Origin: Marsupella aquatica
Lineage: Eukaryota; Plantae; Marchantiophyta
Assembly (NCBI GenBank): GCA_973895155.1
Contig: OZ316894.1
Location: 22,353,867-22,417,866, forward strand
Direction of reading: 5' to 3'
DNA length: 64,000 nt
Both the position numbers and the translations under genes were made by a program. Below, in pieces: positions 46,125-61,208 of this stretch; position 1 is the stretch's first letter, and the number at the start of each line of letters is the position of its first letter. Under the pieces are notes generated by a model. The model saw only the letters and a list, made by a program, of their open reading frames with translations, did no database searches and was not told the origin of the DNA.

Positions 46125-49100
46125 CAATTTGGCTCGAAATTTGCCAGTCTTTTTAACTTGGATTAGGCAGAAATCCCTAGTCACAGACCCCATTAACTTG
46201 ATTCTGACTATACTTAGGGAGATGTAAGGGTCAGAAATCAATTGGGTGAAATTGAAGAAAGCCATTCTTGGCATCATCTCCTTTCAGTTAAGGTGACATT
46301 CTCCATCCTGGTCAAACATCAAAAACCTTCGAAATTACCCAGCTCCATAATCTACGTGCAAGTTTACCCTCATATGGCTCCACTTCATTCTTAAAATTTC
46401 TCCACAACCCTATGCACCCGAAATGGCTTGACAATCAGGCTTGCTCTAAATGGCAAGCAGTTGTGAAATCAGTGGACCCAAGTGAATGCTGATGTAGCGT
46501 GCTTTTTTTGTCTAGATGTTTAGACCACTTCTAGAGGTGGTCCAAACATTTCCAAAGTGGGCTCCCTCCTTCAAGGATAAATTAGATTGGTGGGACCCAA
46601 CTGGACAAAAACATCAGTTTGCTGAGGTGCACTTATCTGCTACTTTCATGGTGGGTCCCAAGGTTTGGGCAGTGCTGATAAGTAGCGGTGAGCAGAGAGG
46701 CCCAAACTGAGTAGCAAAGCCCTTTCCCATCCCTCCCAAAACATTTCAAGCCTGCCTCAACATCCGTTGTATCTACCTACATGTTTTTCCCGATCTTCTC
46801 AAAACCATTTGAGCAGCATGGGGGCAGAGTAGCACTACGATGCCACCACACACAGAACAAGAACCTCACAACTACTTGTGACCCACCAAGAAATATATTG
46901 CAAAAGTTGTCTCACCAAAGTGGTTTTTGTCAGGTCGTGGCCCATTCTAGTGAATTTCTCTTCAATGGATTTGCATTTATTAAACTTCATTTCAAAACAG
47001 TTTTGGTAGGGAATCTTTCTTGAGATCAAGAAACGGCACTTGATTTGGTACAGTTTGCTTTGGGGCAACCCCACTTCTTGTAAAGGCACCTTGACATACA
47101 TTCCAGACCATCTCAATTTGAAGGTTTTTCTTTCTAGCCAGGGTGGCAAATGTGATCTTTTGTGAAGGAGAAGATGCCAATGATATCCTTGTCTAATGTG
47201 CCTCAATAAATTTGTGGTTATAGGTCAGATTTGTTAGGCATATACTCTTAAATCTAGAGTTACAATGTAATTGCAGTTTGTTTTGTCTGATCATAGTCAA
47301 ATGTTTTGTTAAGGTTAGATGAACTACTACTATGTTCACTATCAGGACTTAGTAAGTGAGTGGAACTTAGATTCATTGATAGTCACTCAAGAGATAAGGA
47401 AAGCTAAGTTTGTAAAGATTTAGTGTGGGCAATGGATTTAGAGTTCAATAGAACTCTCTTGTGTGTTCTTGTGGAAGTTTCAAACGAGTTTTATTAAACT
47501 CCAGACTCATTGGCCATACCAACTCTCCATGTCTCAATTGGCTCTGTAAAAAAGAGCCTAAGTTTCATTCATTAATTATGTCCTGTTGGTGAAAATATGT
47601 AGTGGCACATATAATTGTAACCAAACATCTGACTACAGTTTGACTAACTGTGGTTACATATTACTCTATGCCTATGAGTGAATGCCTAACACTTGGGGAG
47701 AGTCAATCCCTTATGTTTCCTTTTTCTGGTTAACCAGTGCTGCAAATTTCAGTACGCAACCCTGGCTGAATCCCAACTTTTGGACAAACTTTGCCCAGGG
47801 ATTGTTTCAACTCAACATCATCAAATTTTCAAAATTTGTCATTGTTTAGAAGGGCATGGCCCAATACTTGTTTTTAATGCGGATGACATGCACTGGCTGC
47901 CCGGGTTAATAGCATCTTTGGGGAACCACAGATTTTTGCCTACACCTGACCTTGAGAATTTTGGTTCCGTAAAACCTCCATGGACAGCTGGTTTGAGGTA
48001 CCCTAATTAATATAGTCTAAACAAGGGAAAGGCCAAGAACACTAAACAGCTCCCCAATGAAACAAAGGGGAAAACAAGGGGAAAACCAAGAACACTGAAG
48101 AGTAACCCAATAAAATAAGGTGGAGAAAACGAGGGAGAAGAGGACAAGGGCAAGGATTCATATCAACTTTGTCATAGTCCCAAAGGCAGAAGACCCAAGA
48201 TAGCAAAGGGAACAAAACAAGATGTAAACGGGCAACCACAGGAAAGAGTGACCCACTTAATTATAGGGAAAAATCAAGGGAAAAACTAGGAACACCAAAA
48301 GCCAAATCAACTCTGTCATGGTCCCACAGGCAGGATAAAACAAATGGAAAACAAAGAGTATCCCAAATTAAAAAACTGACACGGGATGGATCACCATGTT
48401 GGACACATTGCTCTAGTGGATCACATTTAGTGGTCCATGGAAGTTTGGGGTCTATAATTTTATGATGATTTATTTTGCATTAGCGAGGCAACTAGAGAAG
48501 GAGGAGATGTAAAATCTTGTGGAATTACCCCCATTCACTATGAAACTCCACAAAATAGACAAAAATTCCTGATGTAAGTGCTTATCACTCTCCTCACATA
48601 TTCCCCAAAATAAAGAATTACATCTAAGTTTAATAATATCAAATTTACTTCAATTAAGGTCAAGTTCTGGGAAATAGTGTCTATGGGGTTTCAAAGACCC
48701 ACCTTGAGATCCTTTGAGGCTTCCCATTTTCTTGGTGGGGCCCTGGATCAAAACACCCAACTAAATCGGACCCATTAAGTGAAAAATGGCCTGGTGGGAC
48801 CCCAAAAGTATTCACTGGCATAGTCAATCCAAGCCCCCACATAATGGGCCTGAAATTGATCTCCAAAACCGCACCAAGCAGCTGACATCGAGCAGACCAC
48901 AACGCCTCTACTCACAGCCCTCAATGGACGTAAAATCTCCAGTGGTTCCACAACACCTCTTCCCCTCGCTTTGCCTGTAGCTCTCAATGAAAGCACTAAC
49001 TAGATGCTCACCAACAGATGTGGACTACGGTACCTGAGATGGACTATGAGCGACCCATGAAAACACACTTCAAGTCCAGCCAGTCTCCTCCACATCCTCG

Positions 49101-49719
49101 GAGAGATCCTTTTTTACCCTGCGGGTTTTGGGGTTGCACTGCAGGTAGATTCATAGAGTTTTTTCTGTCATGGACCCACTGTATGGGACCTCTCCATCCT
49201 TGGGCACTGGTCGGTCTTTGGAGTGTGCTGCTCCTTTTGTAGTTTTCTAAACCAGCTCCTGAAGTTTAGAGGGAGTAGCTCAGCTCCTTCTCTGGTTCCG
49301 GTCTTTTCCGGCCACGGTACTTTAACCTTTGGACCTCCTTTTGGGTTGGTGTCCCCGTTTTTGGGCCCCCCCTTTGTATACTGACTTTTAGAATGGATTT
49401 CAAATGGTTTTTGGAGGCCAAAAAGAAAAACACTAACTATTGTCGCCCTGCAGTGCAACTTCAAATGAGGTCCTTTTCCTTCTCTCCCAAAAACTCCAGG
49501 GAAGTGTCTTTTGTCAACATTAGGTCCAATTGGGTCCCTACATTTTCCTTGAAGAGGAGACAGGGCATCAAGGGACCCTCCCTTCCCTCTCAAAGGGTCT
49601 CAAGGGTTCCCTGGAGGATGCTGCCCGGTCTTTTCCAACACACCCAGTATAACAAACTTTCAAGATCCCCCCGGCCATTTTGGACGTAGTGGGTCTCGTT
49701 AAATTGGGCGTTTTGATCT

Positions 49720-49838
49720 GGGATCCCACCAAACAAATCTCTCAGCTTCACATTCATAAAATAAAATAAAATAAGAAAACAAATCTCAGGGATCCCACCA
49801 AGCAAATCTCTCAGCTTCACATTCATAAAATAAAATAA
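49720..49838. repeat. Tandem duplication, 69-bp period
   Basis: GGGATCCCACCAA(A/G)CAAATCTCTCAGCTTCACATTCATAAAATAAAATAA twice. Confidence 0.9.
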
Positions 49839-51519
49839 CATAAAAAATAAGAAAAACAAAGAAAAAACAACGAATGGCATAGGGCCGTAATTTACCAACT
49901 CGGTTCGCGCACTTTATCTTTGCTCCGGATACGGTTTGCTGAACGGTAGCAGCATCGCCGTCAGCTCAGCTCAGCTCACGCCTTAATTTAATAAATGCGG
50001 TCCGCACTTGGGCTCGAGCACTCCACTCCTCGAGCGGTACTAAGTGTATATAAGTACTAGTATAAATATAAGTAAGCTCTTCTCACGAAAACTTCTGCTT
50101 TAGTCCTCTTCTGAGCCCTGACAGTCCGAAATCCGAATAATGGCGTATCGCGAGTTTCGATGCCCTCGAATACCGTTCCCAATGTGCAGTGGGCTCAGTA
50201 GCCTCAGTGTGCTGCTGAACAATTCAACATTCTGTGTAGTGTAGGTGATTTTTTCAAGGATTTTCAAAAGTAGAGGGTAGACTTATTTTTTAATTCGCCA
50301 GGAATGAACCATTGATTTGTATGTTTTATTATGGGACCATCAAATAAGAAATAGAAAAAATATACTCCCATGTACCACAACGTTGTCTTTTTAAACCCCT
50401 ATAGACCACATTCCCAAAATTGAGTGTAATTATAATAATTTGATAGTCATAAATTTTAAATATCTTTTAGTGTTGAGATGTGCTAGAGGAGTGGGCAAGC
50501 TACACTTCCATCAATGTGAGAGTGAAGTTCTGGTCATTTTGGCTGAGTCCTTTGTCATAGTGAAGTTGTGGCCATTTTGGTTGAGTCCTTTGTCATAGTG
50601 AAAGTGAAGTTCTGGTCATTTTGGTTGAGTCATTTGCATGGAATTTGGAGTGGTAAATTTTATTAAATTAATTTTCATTATGTTAGTATGAAATATTAGG
50701 GCTAGTGTTTTTTTATGTCTCCTACATCTCTAGTGCATTGCAAGTGGAAAACTAAAAGTTATTTTAGCTTGTTGTTCTTGCGGCCCTTTCCCCTGTTTTC
50801 CTCCCCTTCATTGGGTTTCTTTACCATTGGGATCATGTCTCCCTGTTAGGCATTTTTTGCCCTTGGGCACTATAATCATAATCATCAAGTGATAAGCCCA
50901 AAACTCCCAGGACCATATGTGGTCCATGGGAGCACTGCCTCCAACATGGAGATCCATTGGGCTTCAGTTTGACAAAAAGCACTTACTTGAGTACAGGGTA
51001 CAGAAGATAAAGGGGGTAAAACATAGAGAAATCAAGGAAAAGCCTGACGAGACCAAAGCGCCCAAAGCTCAAGAGCCAAAAAGCCATGACAAGAGAATTA
51101 AAGGTCTGCTGAAAGCATTTTCCTATCCAACTGGGTTTTGTTACCCTAATGCCTCACCAACCCAGTAAAGTAATGCAAAACTCAGATCTAACTCACTCCC
51201 ATACCTCATTACCCACTTTTGGCTAATGAGGTCTATCCCACTATAAGCAATATGCTGAACATCTTCATGGTTACCTTGGCGAAAAAGGAAAAGACCTTAA
51301 ACGTTACCATATGGTGGCCAGTGTGACTGATGACTGATGGTACCTTCTGTCAATCTTAGGGGATTTTTTAAACGTATACTAAGGCAGAGTATTCTTTAAG
51401 GGTTTTCCAAAATATTGCCAGTAATGTAGCCAGTGTGGCAAATTGTACAGTGTGTCAGAGGAGTAGATGCTAAAAATATTCTTAAACTATTCCTGATATA
51501 ATTGATGTCCTATGATGAA

Positions 51520-52085
51520 CCCTTTGGTGTGGTGGGAAACTGGCCAATGAGACTCTCAAGAAATGGATCTCTTTAGATAGACCTGTGATGTGGTGAGAAA
51601 CTGGCCAATGAGACTCACAAGGAATAGAGAATTTTAGCCAAAAGTGGCTAATGATTCAGGAGAAAGAGGAATTTGGCAAGTTCTGGCGACTCAACAATAC
51701 CCTGATTGAATATGTGTGGTGGGAAACTGGCGAGTGAGACAAGAAATAGAGAATTTTAATAAAAAGGGGCTAATGATTCAGGTGGAGGTCCAATTTGGTC
51801 AATTTTGGCCACTACGAGATACCCTCATTGAACTTACTGTGTAAGGCAGGGTAGTCTTTAAGACGTTTTCCATGAGCTAGTGTGGCAAATGCTGCCTTTG
51901 TGTCAGGGAGGAAATGTTAAGAATATCAATAGGTAGATTTACTAGATTTATTCCTGATCATTAGATCTCCCTAAGGATGTACATGTTGTATGGTGGGAAA
52001 CTAGCTAATGAAACTTAAAAGAAGTTGAGAATTTCAGCCAGAAGTGACTGTGATTCAGGTAGAGGACTAATTTGGCAAATTTTGG
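51520..52085. repeat. Cluster of a degenerate dispersed repeat family (inverted relatives at ~45475..46200)
   Basis: Recurrent TGTGGTGGGAAACTGGCCAATGAGAC..GAGAATTTTAGCCAAAAGTGGCTAATGATTCAGG units. Confidence 0.6.
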
Positions 52086-54725
52086 TACAGAAATGGGTAA
52101 AGAGTTGTGCAGATATACAGATTTTCACTTGCTTTTAAGTAATGACAATAAACTCAATTAAAACCATAAACCAAGAGGGGAACTTAGTATATCTGATGTG
52201 CACATTGTCACACTCATTTCTCTTACTTTCATGAGGAAAATGATAATTCACTGAGTGATTGAAAAATAAAGATTAAACATTAATGAGGGGAGTCAAATAC
52301 ATTAAAATGGGTCCAAAAGTTAATTCAAATAATTCACCTAGTTAAGACACATTAAAATCAAAATACTGAATACAAAATCTGAATAAGACAAAATATGAAA
52401 GGTGGATTCACCACTATAGCTACATAATTTAAAAAACAAATACTCTTATATCAATCACAATTCATCCAAAGATTTTTTTTTTCACCCCTACTTTACCCTC
52501 TTATTTGTTTACTACTTTTCAGTTTTCCATTCTTTTTACAGTTAATGGTTTAAATGTTTTTCTTTGCCTTGCCTCAAACATGAATATGTTGAACTAAGAC
52601 GTCATTTGCAACGACCATACAACCATGACTCATTCCATGCACACGTAGTCGACACAATCTCTACGTGGTTCACCTCTTCTCCAAGGCTACGTCCACACGA
52701 ACACTCAAACTTTACTTCAAGAGTAGACGAACACACATGCTCTCCCTCTTTCTCAAGTTGCTCCGTTACAATCAGTAAGCACCACACCCCAGCGGCTTAC
52801 ACTAGCCCTGGTATATACAAGGTCACACACGACTAATCTAACCTCAGCTAAGATCCTAACTGTGGTTAGCCTAAGTACCGTAACCTATGAGTCACAAGCT
52901 AAGAGCAATCCTTAACAGAATAGTCAAATTTGCTTCTTTTTGCATAACTAACGATTCTTGTTTGTGACAAATCATACTGATGTGTCTGCATGTGCATTGA
53001 GGAATTTTGGAAGTAAATTCCCATGGGGGTCCATAAAAATGCAAGTGAGAGTCAAAAGAGATGGAGAATTTAAGCCAAAACTGGCTACAATTGAAGAGGA
53101 AGTGGGATTCCACTGATTTTCGCCACTAAAAATAACCTGTTAAACATACTGTATATTAGGGCAAGGTAATTGGATATTGTTGTTTACATGTCTATTCTAA
53201 AAGTGGCCATATCACAAGTGACAGCAAATTTGGGTTCTTTTAGCCCCCCGGTCCATACTTATTTTCCCCAACCCATAATGTGCAAATAATTATAGGGATT
53301 TTGAACTAGGTTTAGTAGAATACTTATAAATTTTTGTGAGAGAGCATTAGAGGTTGTTAGTCCAATTTTGAGTTTGGTAAGCAAAGATGGGGTTCCCAAA
53401 TATTCCAGAAGAAAGGGGGCAAGAACTTACTAAAGAAAAAACCTTGGTTCTGGGTGTTTATTACTCAAAAACATTGCCCATAATGTAAAACCCCCAAGCA
53501 TTTTCCCAGTAGCCTTCTCCCTCCAGCCGGTTACTTCAACCCATTTTCTGAGTTCAGTTTAATGTTCAGGACTCCGCTTCACATTTTACTCAGAGTGCGT
53601 TTTTGATCACAAAGGCACTGCAATTTTTCTACACACTGACACTATGACACGTATATAAGTGAACCCTTGTTAGAAAGCCCAAGAAAGAGGCAAAACAATC
53701 TCCACTACATTGATGCATGAGGTCTAAAAGGAGACTCAAATCTTTATTATAGTTACTGATTGTGGATTTCAGCCATAAACAAATGGCAGTACCTTTTTAC
53801 TTGGTTATGTCAACAAATATTTTCACTGGCCTCTATGGTGACTTATGGCCATGGCATATGAGCAACCTTCACGAGAAACAATCATGTATTATGAATTTGG
53901 TAGAGAATCCATAATTTTTTCTGTGCCTAAACTACTAAATTAAGGTCCATCAAATTTTGATATTTGAGATTCATTATTAATAAGAACAACAGTCTCTACT
54001 TGCTGTGTTAAATCTAGGCACAATGGACACTAAATTTATTTTGCCATAACCAGATCTGATCTGACTACATGGTCACCAGTGTAGCCCAGGGGTGGAGATG
54101 TTCTACGACCTCCTTATCTTGGAGAATTTATCAAATTTTCCAATCAAATGGGAGCATCCATTTTTCACTTGTGCAGTTGTGCAGCAACTTTTCTAAGACG
54201 CTCCTTTTATTGGAGAATTAGCAGCCAGGCTATTAAGCACAGCACGGGACCTCTAGACCAGACCAATCCAAGAGGACTGGATGACTCCTGCATGCTGGAC
54301 ATTGCAGTCGTGGTCCATAGTTTCGAAACTTGTGCAGCCCTTTTGGCCGCCAAATAATTAATGGCGACAGCAGCTCCACGCAAACGTATGGACGACGGAA
54401 AGCTTTTCTACAAAACACTACGTCGTCTTTCGAACACCATCTTTCTGCCACCAGTGTCGTTGTTTCTCGAGCCTGCGGTGGAGAATATTAACACTTTCTC
54501 GCCCCTTCCAACGAAAAACCCTTTTTGAAACTCCCAATACAAACAGAGAGCAACAATGGATATCAATTGTCGACGTGTTTGGCCAACTAGATTACTCCAC
54601 AGGACTTTGTGAGGTACATCCTCGAGCCCCCTATGTCCAGAATTCTACAGTAGACTACAGTAAATCGGAGGGTGTACTCTTCCTGGCTTGAAGACATCAT
54701 TTTCTGCACACCCTGCATGTGTCTG

Positions 54726-54793
54726 TTCGAGGCCAACTGAAGATTGTCACGAGTGCCTATTCGAGGCCAACTGAAGATTGTCACGAGTGCCTA
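54726..54793. repeat. Perfect tandem duplication 2 x 34 bp
   Basis: TTCGAGGCCAACTGAAGATTGTCACGAGTGCCTA twice. Confidence 0.95.
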
Positions 54794-57700
54794 AATAACT
54801 GGATTGCTGCACCACAAACCAAAGCAGTAGTATACTGCCAGGAAAGGCACGAATTTTCGCAACAGGTGAGTTGAATTGGCAGTAGATTAATAGTTTGAAC
54901 TCTCTTTCGAATGCTTTGCAAAACTTCCGTCAATTGTTAGTGCTGGCGATGATTTCTTTCGTGCAACGGATAAAAAAGAACTTTCGATTCTTATGAGTTC
55001 ATTGTACTGCAACATGGCCGCCCTTTTGTGTGAACCGACAACACAACCCAGTTCAAATTGGATTATACGGAGTACGAAGATGCAGGGGACAATTCAAGTC
55101 ACAAATCTAGAAAGCTTTGAACCTCAGTCTACATCAGTCTAAAGCATGTTAGGTATCGCTTTCTGCATATCCCAAACCTGTCTACTCTATGATTGACTCG
55201 ATCAACTCCACGACATGACATGACGAGAGTCATGATTGCTATGGATCACAGATTTTTGTTGCAGACATGGGTGCAGACGTACAAAGCACAAGGTAGGCCT
55301 ACAACCTTGTGAGTAGTGACTAGATGGAACAGCAGAAGCACATCCGCCACATCGAGTGGACACAACGTCCGTCATTCGAGAAGAAGGCACATCAAGCGTT
55401 GTATACATGGATATATGAATACGATCAAATGACACCACAAATTGGAGACCGGTGCCCAAGGTAGTTTGTCAATCCGAGTGAAAAGCAACCTAGCTCATGT
55501 GAGTTGATTCATTGTCTCGAAAGCCAGCTTTACTAATCAAGATTGGAGTATATGTATATATACTCCAGGTTGTATCGGAAACGGACAATGTGCATCAAGT
55601 ATTTTGCCCACTGTCGTAGTCAGACCTTCTGTTTTCCGTTCGCTGTTGTCGTAGTCAAACATTTGAAAATGAATGGTTCCTATTTCCACATGGATTCAAA
55701 CTCGTGGAAATATGTGGCCTCGAATGTGACTTTCAAAGCCAATACGTCGGTAAGTTGCAGCCTATGTGAGGGGAAAAAGGGCCCAGTGATACTCCTACTT
55801 AGCTAACGCTTTGCAGAGGAATATTTTACGACTTTAATGCGGCAACTTTGACACACCAATGCCCGTTTGCTCCATGGACATTCAATGTATGCACTGAAAG
55901 GAAATATTTCATACCCACTGTAATGTGATTTTTGCTGATGAAGATCTTGCCATACATTTTCCTCAAAATTCTAATAGCAAATCCTGACTGTCTACAGCTG
56001 GGATAGAGCACATTATTTCAACTTTTAACACTTGCAAAGGCAAAAGGGGGATGCATGGAATGTGTCGGGGCGGATATTATTTTCGATGCTTTTCCTGCAA
56101 ACCACTTAGTCCCCTGTTTCTGGCAGGGGCATTGAACTGGAAAACTACTTAACAAATCTGTGTAATGGACATCATACCACTACTTGCCAGCCACTTCAGC
56201 TCCCAAGTTTACTATTTTGTCATTTTGAGTATTTGTTTTGTCCTTTTGAGGATTTAGGGCCCATTTCCTGCAGATTGATGTCAGTAAAGCCAGGAGGGTC
56301 CCATTGCTTTTCAGTTACCTTGTTATCATACTTCCGAAAAGCGCAACAGGCAAAATGTGAGACACAATTTGCATTTGGTGCAGGCAGCAAACCGTGGCCC
56401 ACCTCCATCATTTGTGAGGCGATCTCGTTCCTGTAGTTTGCTACGCATTGAGAGTTGGTAGCTTAACATTTGGTTTTACCACCAACTCCAGTTTGGTAGT
56501 ATTAACCTGTCCACAAACTACTTACTATTGAAACCGTTTACCAAGAACAGTTAAGGTGCACTGCTCCAAGTCTTAGTTGAACTATCAAAGGGGCATATGA
56601 TCAAAGGAGCACGAAAACCAAAGAGGAAGTGATGTAAGGGATTCTCAGGTTTGGGCTGAGCTGGAAACAGTGAGGAGGGAACTGCCCTCGAGCTGGCCAG
56701 TCAAGCAGTCACGGATGACAGCAGCAGAGAACTTAATGAAGTGACTATCAAGTGTGCGAGCTGCAATCCTGAGGGTCATCAGATCTTTTGTGGATTCTGC
56801 TTCTCCGTGATACTGGATGATGGTCTGAGGAGGACATAATGAGGATTAGAGGAGAAGATCAAAGGTGATCAGCTCACCTCCAAATTGTACACTCCGTCTG
56901 GCCTCAGGACCCCCTTCTGACAAGAACACAGTAGAAGAATACAATATTTTAGCCTGAGGACGTCAAGCACAGGTTTGCTGGAAAAAGCACGCGAACTGCA
57001 GTATGCTTTTGTCGTTCTTTTTCGGGAAACTGAAACTGCAGCACTGGAGCGTGCGTACTATGTGATATTCCAATAGAAAATATGGAACGAGTGCGTGAGC
57101 TGCCCCCCGGATTTTCTGGGTTTGTCTGATACTTTCCTGGGAGTTGGAAATGCTTCAATTTAATTCGTTTTCCTCCTTGACGCGGAACACAGCATAAGAA
57201 ATCAATTGTGACGGATACGGTAGTAAACTTACCACATTCTCTCTCGATGTGGGAGTTGGACCAAATCAAGTGTGGAATGTCGTACTGCCCCTGCTCCTCC
57301 AATGCGTCGTTGCCTCGTTGCGCTTTGAGGGGACATCACTACAGCGTAGGGTAGTAGTTCTAGTGATGCCCAGTACTGTACGTGTATAATTTACACAACT
57401 GAAAACTTGCTCCCCCACCTTCGCCGCCCAAAATGTCTTATGGCGACAAACTGGGGCAACGTGCGTTTCCAAATCTACCTCCCTGCGTTCAGACCTCCTC
57501 CCAGCCCGATCGTTTGGGCGGGTCCCTCCGCTGCCGCGCAAATTGCAAACCCATTCTCTACTAGTGTAAAAGAACCTCTACAGTAGTGGGCTGGGCTACG
57601 GGAGTAGTGGAGTTGCTGTGACCCTAAATGTATCGTAGGTGAGCTTTGGTTCATCACTAGCCCCGGGATCACTAGACTATTCACGAATGCTTCCAACATC

Positions 57701-59254
57701 CCAAACATCCCAAAGGATTTGGCATTTGCTTTTACATTATTTAAAACCGCTTCACTTGGAATCTAATATCAACAACGTGTCAAAGGCATAGTGTGCAATG
57801 AGCTGTCCAACTGAAGAACTGATTGCCCCGAGTCAGGAGATGATATAGGGAACTGGCAAAGCCGAACCCCTGAATTGAGGCGACAGAAACGAAGCGCCCT
57901 CAATTTCACTGGTGCTCTAGTATAAAAAAGAAAAGGAAGTATCAGCTTCTGAAATTCTTGAGGCAGAAGCTTTTCCAAGTATCGGAAAACAGGATTTCTG
58001 AAGTTCTGAACATGATGCCAGTCAATTGAACTAAACGGATACTGTTGCAAAGCACATTAGTTTTTCCCTGGAAAATCTCATCTACTGAACACTTGAACAG
58101 TCCCGGTAACAGAATGCAGCCTGCAATTACTGTAGTTTCTTTTTTTTGTCTTGAAAACGAAAAGCAGGCCCATCCAACAGAGAATAGAAGTCCTGCTTTG
58201 GAGCATGCATTTCTATGTAGGACAGTCACAAGGGGACAATACCCAGGGATCCGATAGATACGAAGGACATACAGATACGGAATTGAATATCGTACGCCGT
58301 TTTAGGAACGAGCTGCCAGAGCACTTCCCCTTGGGGCGACTGACATACACAGGCAAAGAGCATTGGAAGGAGGGAAGCAAATGGTCTGCGAGGCAAAGTC
58401 ACTGCGTACATACAATACAATACAATACAACTACATTACAATACTCACCAGGGTAATCTTTAACGTTTTTTCTTTTTCCCTCGTGTGCCTAATGTCAGCC
58501 TGACTACCCGTTTCTAAAACATAATAAAGATGTGACCAAAAACAATATTGGCCACCCCCACCACCCCCCCCAAAAAAAATTATTAAAAAAATTTATAAAA
58601 AAAATATTTAAAAATAAAAAATAATAAAAAATATATATAACAAAAAGCATCATTTTCGGTTTGCCTTTGCTGGTATCCCTGTTTTCTGGATGCACTTTGA
58701 GATATCCCCTTCAAGTCACAGTCAGAGTAATATTCACTCTAGACAATAGGCCCAAGTACTAATTTTTGAACGCACTTTTTTAGTAGGATGTAAAGGAGAA
58801 ATTGCTAGGAGTACTCTTTCTTAGTTTTTCATGAATTATTTCATGACAGTTAGATCTCCCTAGATTTGAGGATGGTTGTTAGGTTCTGGGAAATGGGGTC
58901 TGTGACTAGGTGGAAAACTGGCTCATGGGAAACAAACAACCTAGGTAATTTTTGGGGAGGTGAAATCTGGCACAAACTCGCACCTGGAAAATAAGCCGGG
59001 AGCCACCAAGAGGAGGGAGAGGTCTGAGAACTGCTGGCAGTAATGAGTGAGGTGGGATTCAGGCACCCAATATGTTGTGGGTATCAGGATTTTTTATTTT
59101 TTTTGCTGCGAGGAAAATGATTCCTCACAGTATCCTCATTTTTCTCTCATGAGGAAAACACACTAAATATCCTGACTAAATATCCACCATTTGGGTTCCT
59201 TGTTGTGCCATGAATTCTGATCGAATGTGCAATTTTGATGTTGTTCAGAAGTAA

Positions 59255-60330
59255 TGTACACAAATGTTTTTGGCAATAGCATGGTGGAGTAGTCTAGGCA
59301 TTGAGGTGGGAATTCAATATGATTCTCCTATTGTACAATCTGTAATTCATCAAGCAAACACGTAAATTAATTTGAGGATATGAATCCTTGGATTCAATTA
59401 CAATTTCCAAATGTAATCCTAAATGTTTCCAACATAAATGTCAGCAAGCAAGATGGATGTAGTCCAATAATAACTGAACACACGATCTGAAAGTACAACC
59501 AAAGGTATAGGGCTCCCCTTTACAATTATATGGTGTCCGGTGTGTCTTCCCGCATATGCAGATTAACATACAGCCGCCTTGTGCCCCATAATCCCGTAGT
59601 ATCAGATGGAGGTGGTGCAGCCTTTCATCTTCCTTACTCATATTGTGGGGGACCACAGGCTGCAAGCAACACATCCTTAGTATCACTTTGCTGCTGCATC
59701 TTGATAGTGTTTTGCACAATGGCTAGTCTTTGCTGAAAAACACCAAAAGTTCTCTCAACATCCTTGCTCCTTCTTTGCATTTTGCAAACTAACACCTTGC
59801 ATTACCTTGTGAGTGGCATGACAATAGTTTTCACAAACATAGACCAGTCAGGGTAAATTCTATCAGTGATTAGATAGTATCTAGAGTACTTCTGTCCATT
59901 CAATGGGAACCCACATCATTTGATTCACTCCTCAAGAAATTGATACTAACTAGAGGGAATCTGTCCAAAACTTTCAAATGCTTGTTGCGACCAGGAAGCC
60001 CAAAATGTGCATTCAATCCATAGGGACTGGTCAGCTACAACCTCAAGCATAATGGATTTATCTCCATCTTTGTTTGTGAAGAGTTTGTTCCAAGCAATAG
60101 GGCAATCCTTCCACACACAGTGCACATGGTTCAGGGACCGAGGCAATCATGCCTGGAAATCCCCGTGCTCATTAAGGACAAATTGTGCTTCCATTCATCC
60201 TTGCTGTCTTAGGTATTGGTTTTGGAAGTTATGTCAAATAGCCTTGCAAAATATCTCCAAAGAGAATATAAGTGTGCTTTCTCCAATACCAGAATACCAG
60301 CCCCCCTCTAGCAAGACTGATGGGAATGCT
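59255..60330 (-). pseudogene. Decayed PIF/Harbinger transposase
   Basis: HVHCVWKDCPIAW..IMLEVVADQSLWI matches the CMHWxWKNCPxAW..ILEAVAxxDLWI pattern. Downstream YYL..IYPDW, KDVERTFG and HNM..EDER remnants contain stops and frameshifts. Confidence 0.85.
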
Positions 60331-60486
60331 CTTAGTCCCTAGCTAGGGAAAACTCGACTTCAAATATCTTGACTTTTGTGTCACTTTTAAGTAAAACCCA
60401 AATTCTGGGACTTCCTTTTTTGGCTACCATAGCCAACTCACCCAGCCATAAATAATACTAGAACCCCAAAATTTGAAAAGGCATGA

Positions 60487-61208
60487 AGACCCACTCTGCA
60501 TGACTCCCAGCAATTCTCTCGTGGCTTGCATGAATTCCTGTCTGTCCCCCATCATACAATACTTCATTTGTTGCAGGAGCATAATTCGGTGTACCTGGTT
60601 TTCTTTATGATTTCCATCCAGATTGACAATGCATGCTCCAATTTTATATCATGGCTAGGCTGGACTATTGGGGATTTCCTGCTTCTGCTGCGCTAGTGGC
60701 AGACTTAAATAAGACTAGAAATACAAAATTAAAAGAAAGGCATTAAGAACCCCTCTGCATGACTCCTAGCATTTCTCTCTTAGCTTGCAGAAATTCCTGT
60801 CTTACCCTATCATACAATACTTCATTTGCTGCATGAGCATAATTCGGTGTACCTGGCTTTAATACATGAGATTTCCATCCATTTTATATCTCATTTTATA
60901 TCATGGCTAGGCTGGAGTATTGGATTGCCTGCTTCTGCTGCGCTAGTGGCAGACTTAAATCAGTCTAGACACAAAATTAAAAGAGACATTAATAAGAACC
61001 ACTCTGCATGACTCCTACCGTAGCAATTCTCTCGTAGCTTGCAGAAATTCCTGTCTGCCCTCATCATATATAAACTTCATTTGTTGCAGGACCATAACTC
61101 GCTTTCTACGTGAGAATTCCGTCCAGATTGACAACGCATTTGCGCATTTTATATCATGGCTAGGCTGGACTATTGGATTGCCTGCTTCTGCTCCGCTAGT
61201 GGCAGACT
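60487..61208. repeat. Tandem repeat 3 x ~250 bp
   Basis: CTCTGCATGACTCC..TATCATGGCTAGGCTGGA..CCTGCTTCTGCT..GCTAGTGGCAGACT three times. Confidence 0.9.

Noticed and set aside
46300-49700. Possible decayed LINE fragments
   Set aside because: Composition is suggestive but I could not recover a convincing RT or endonuclease motif.
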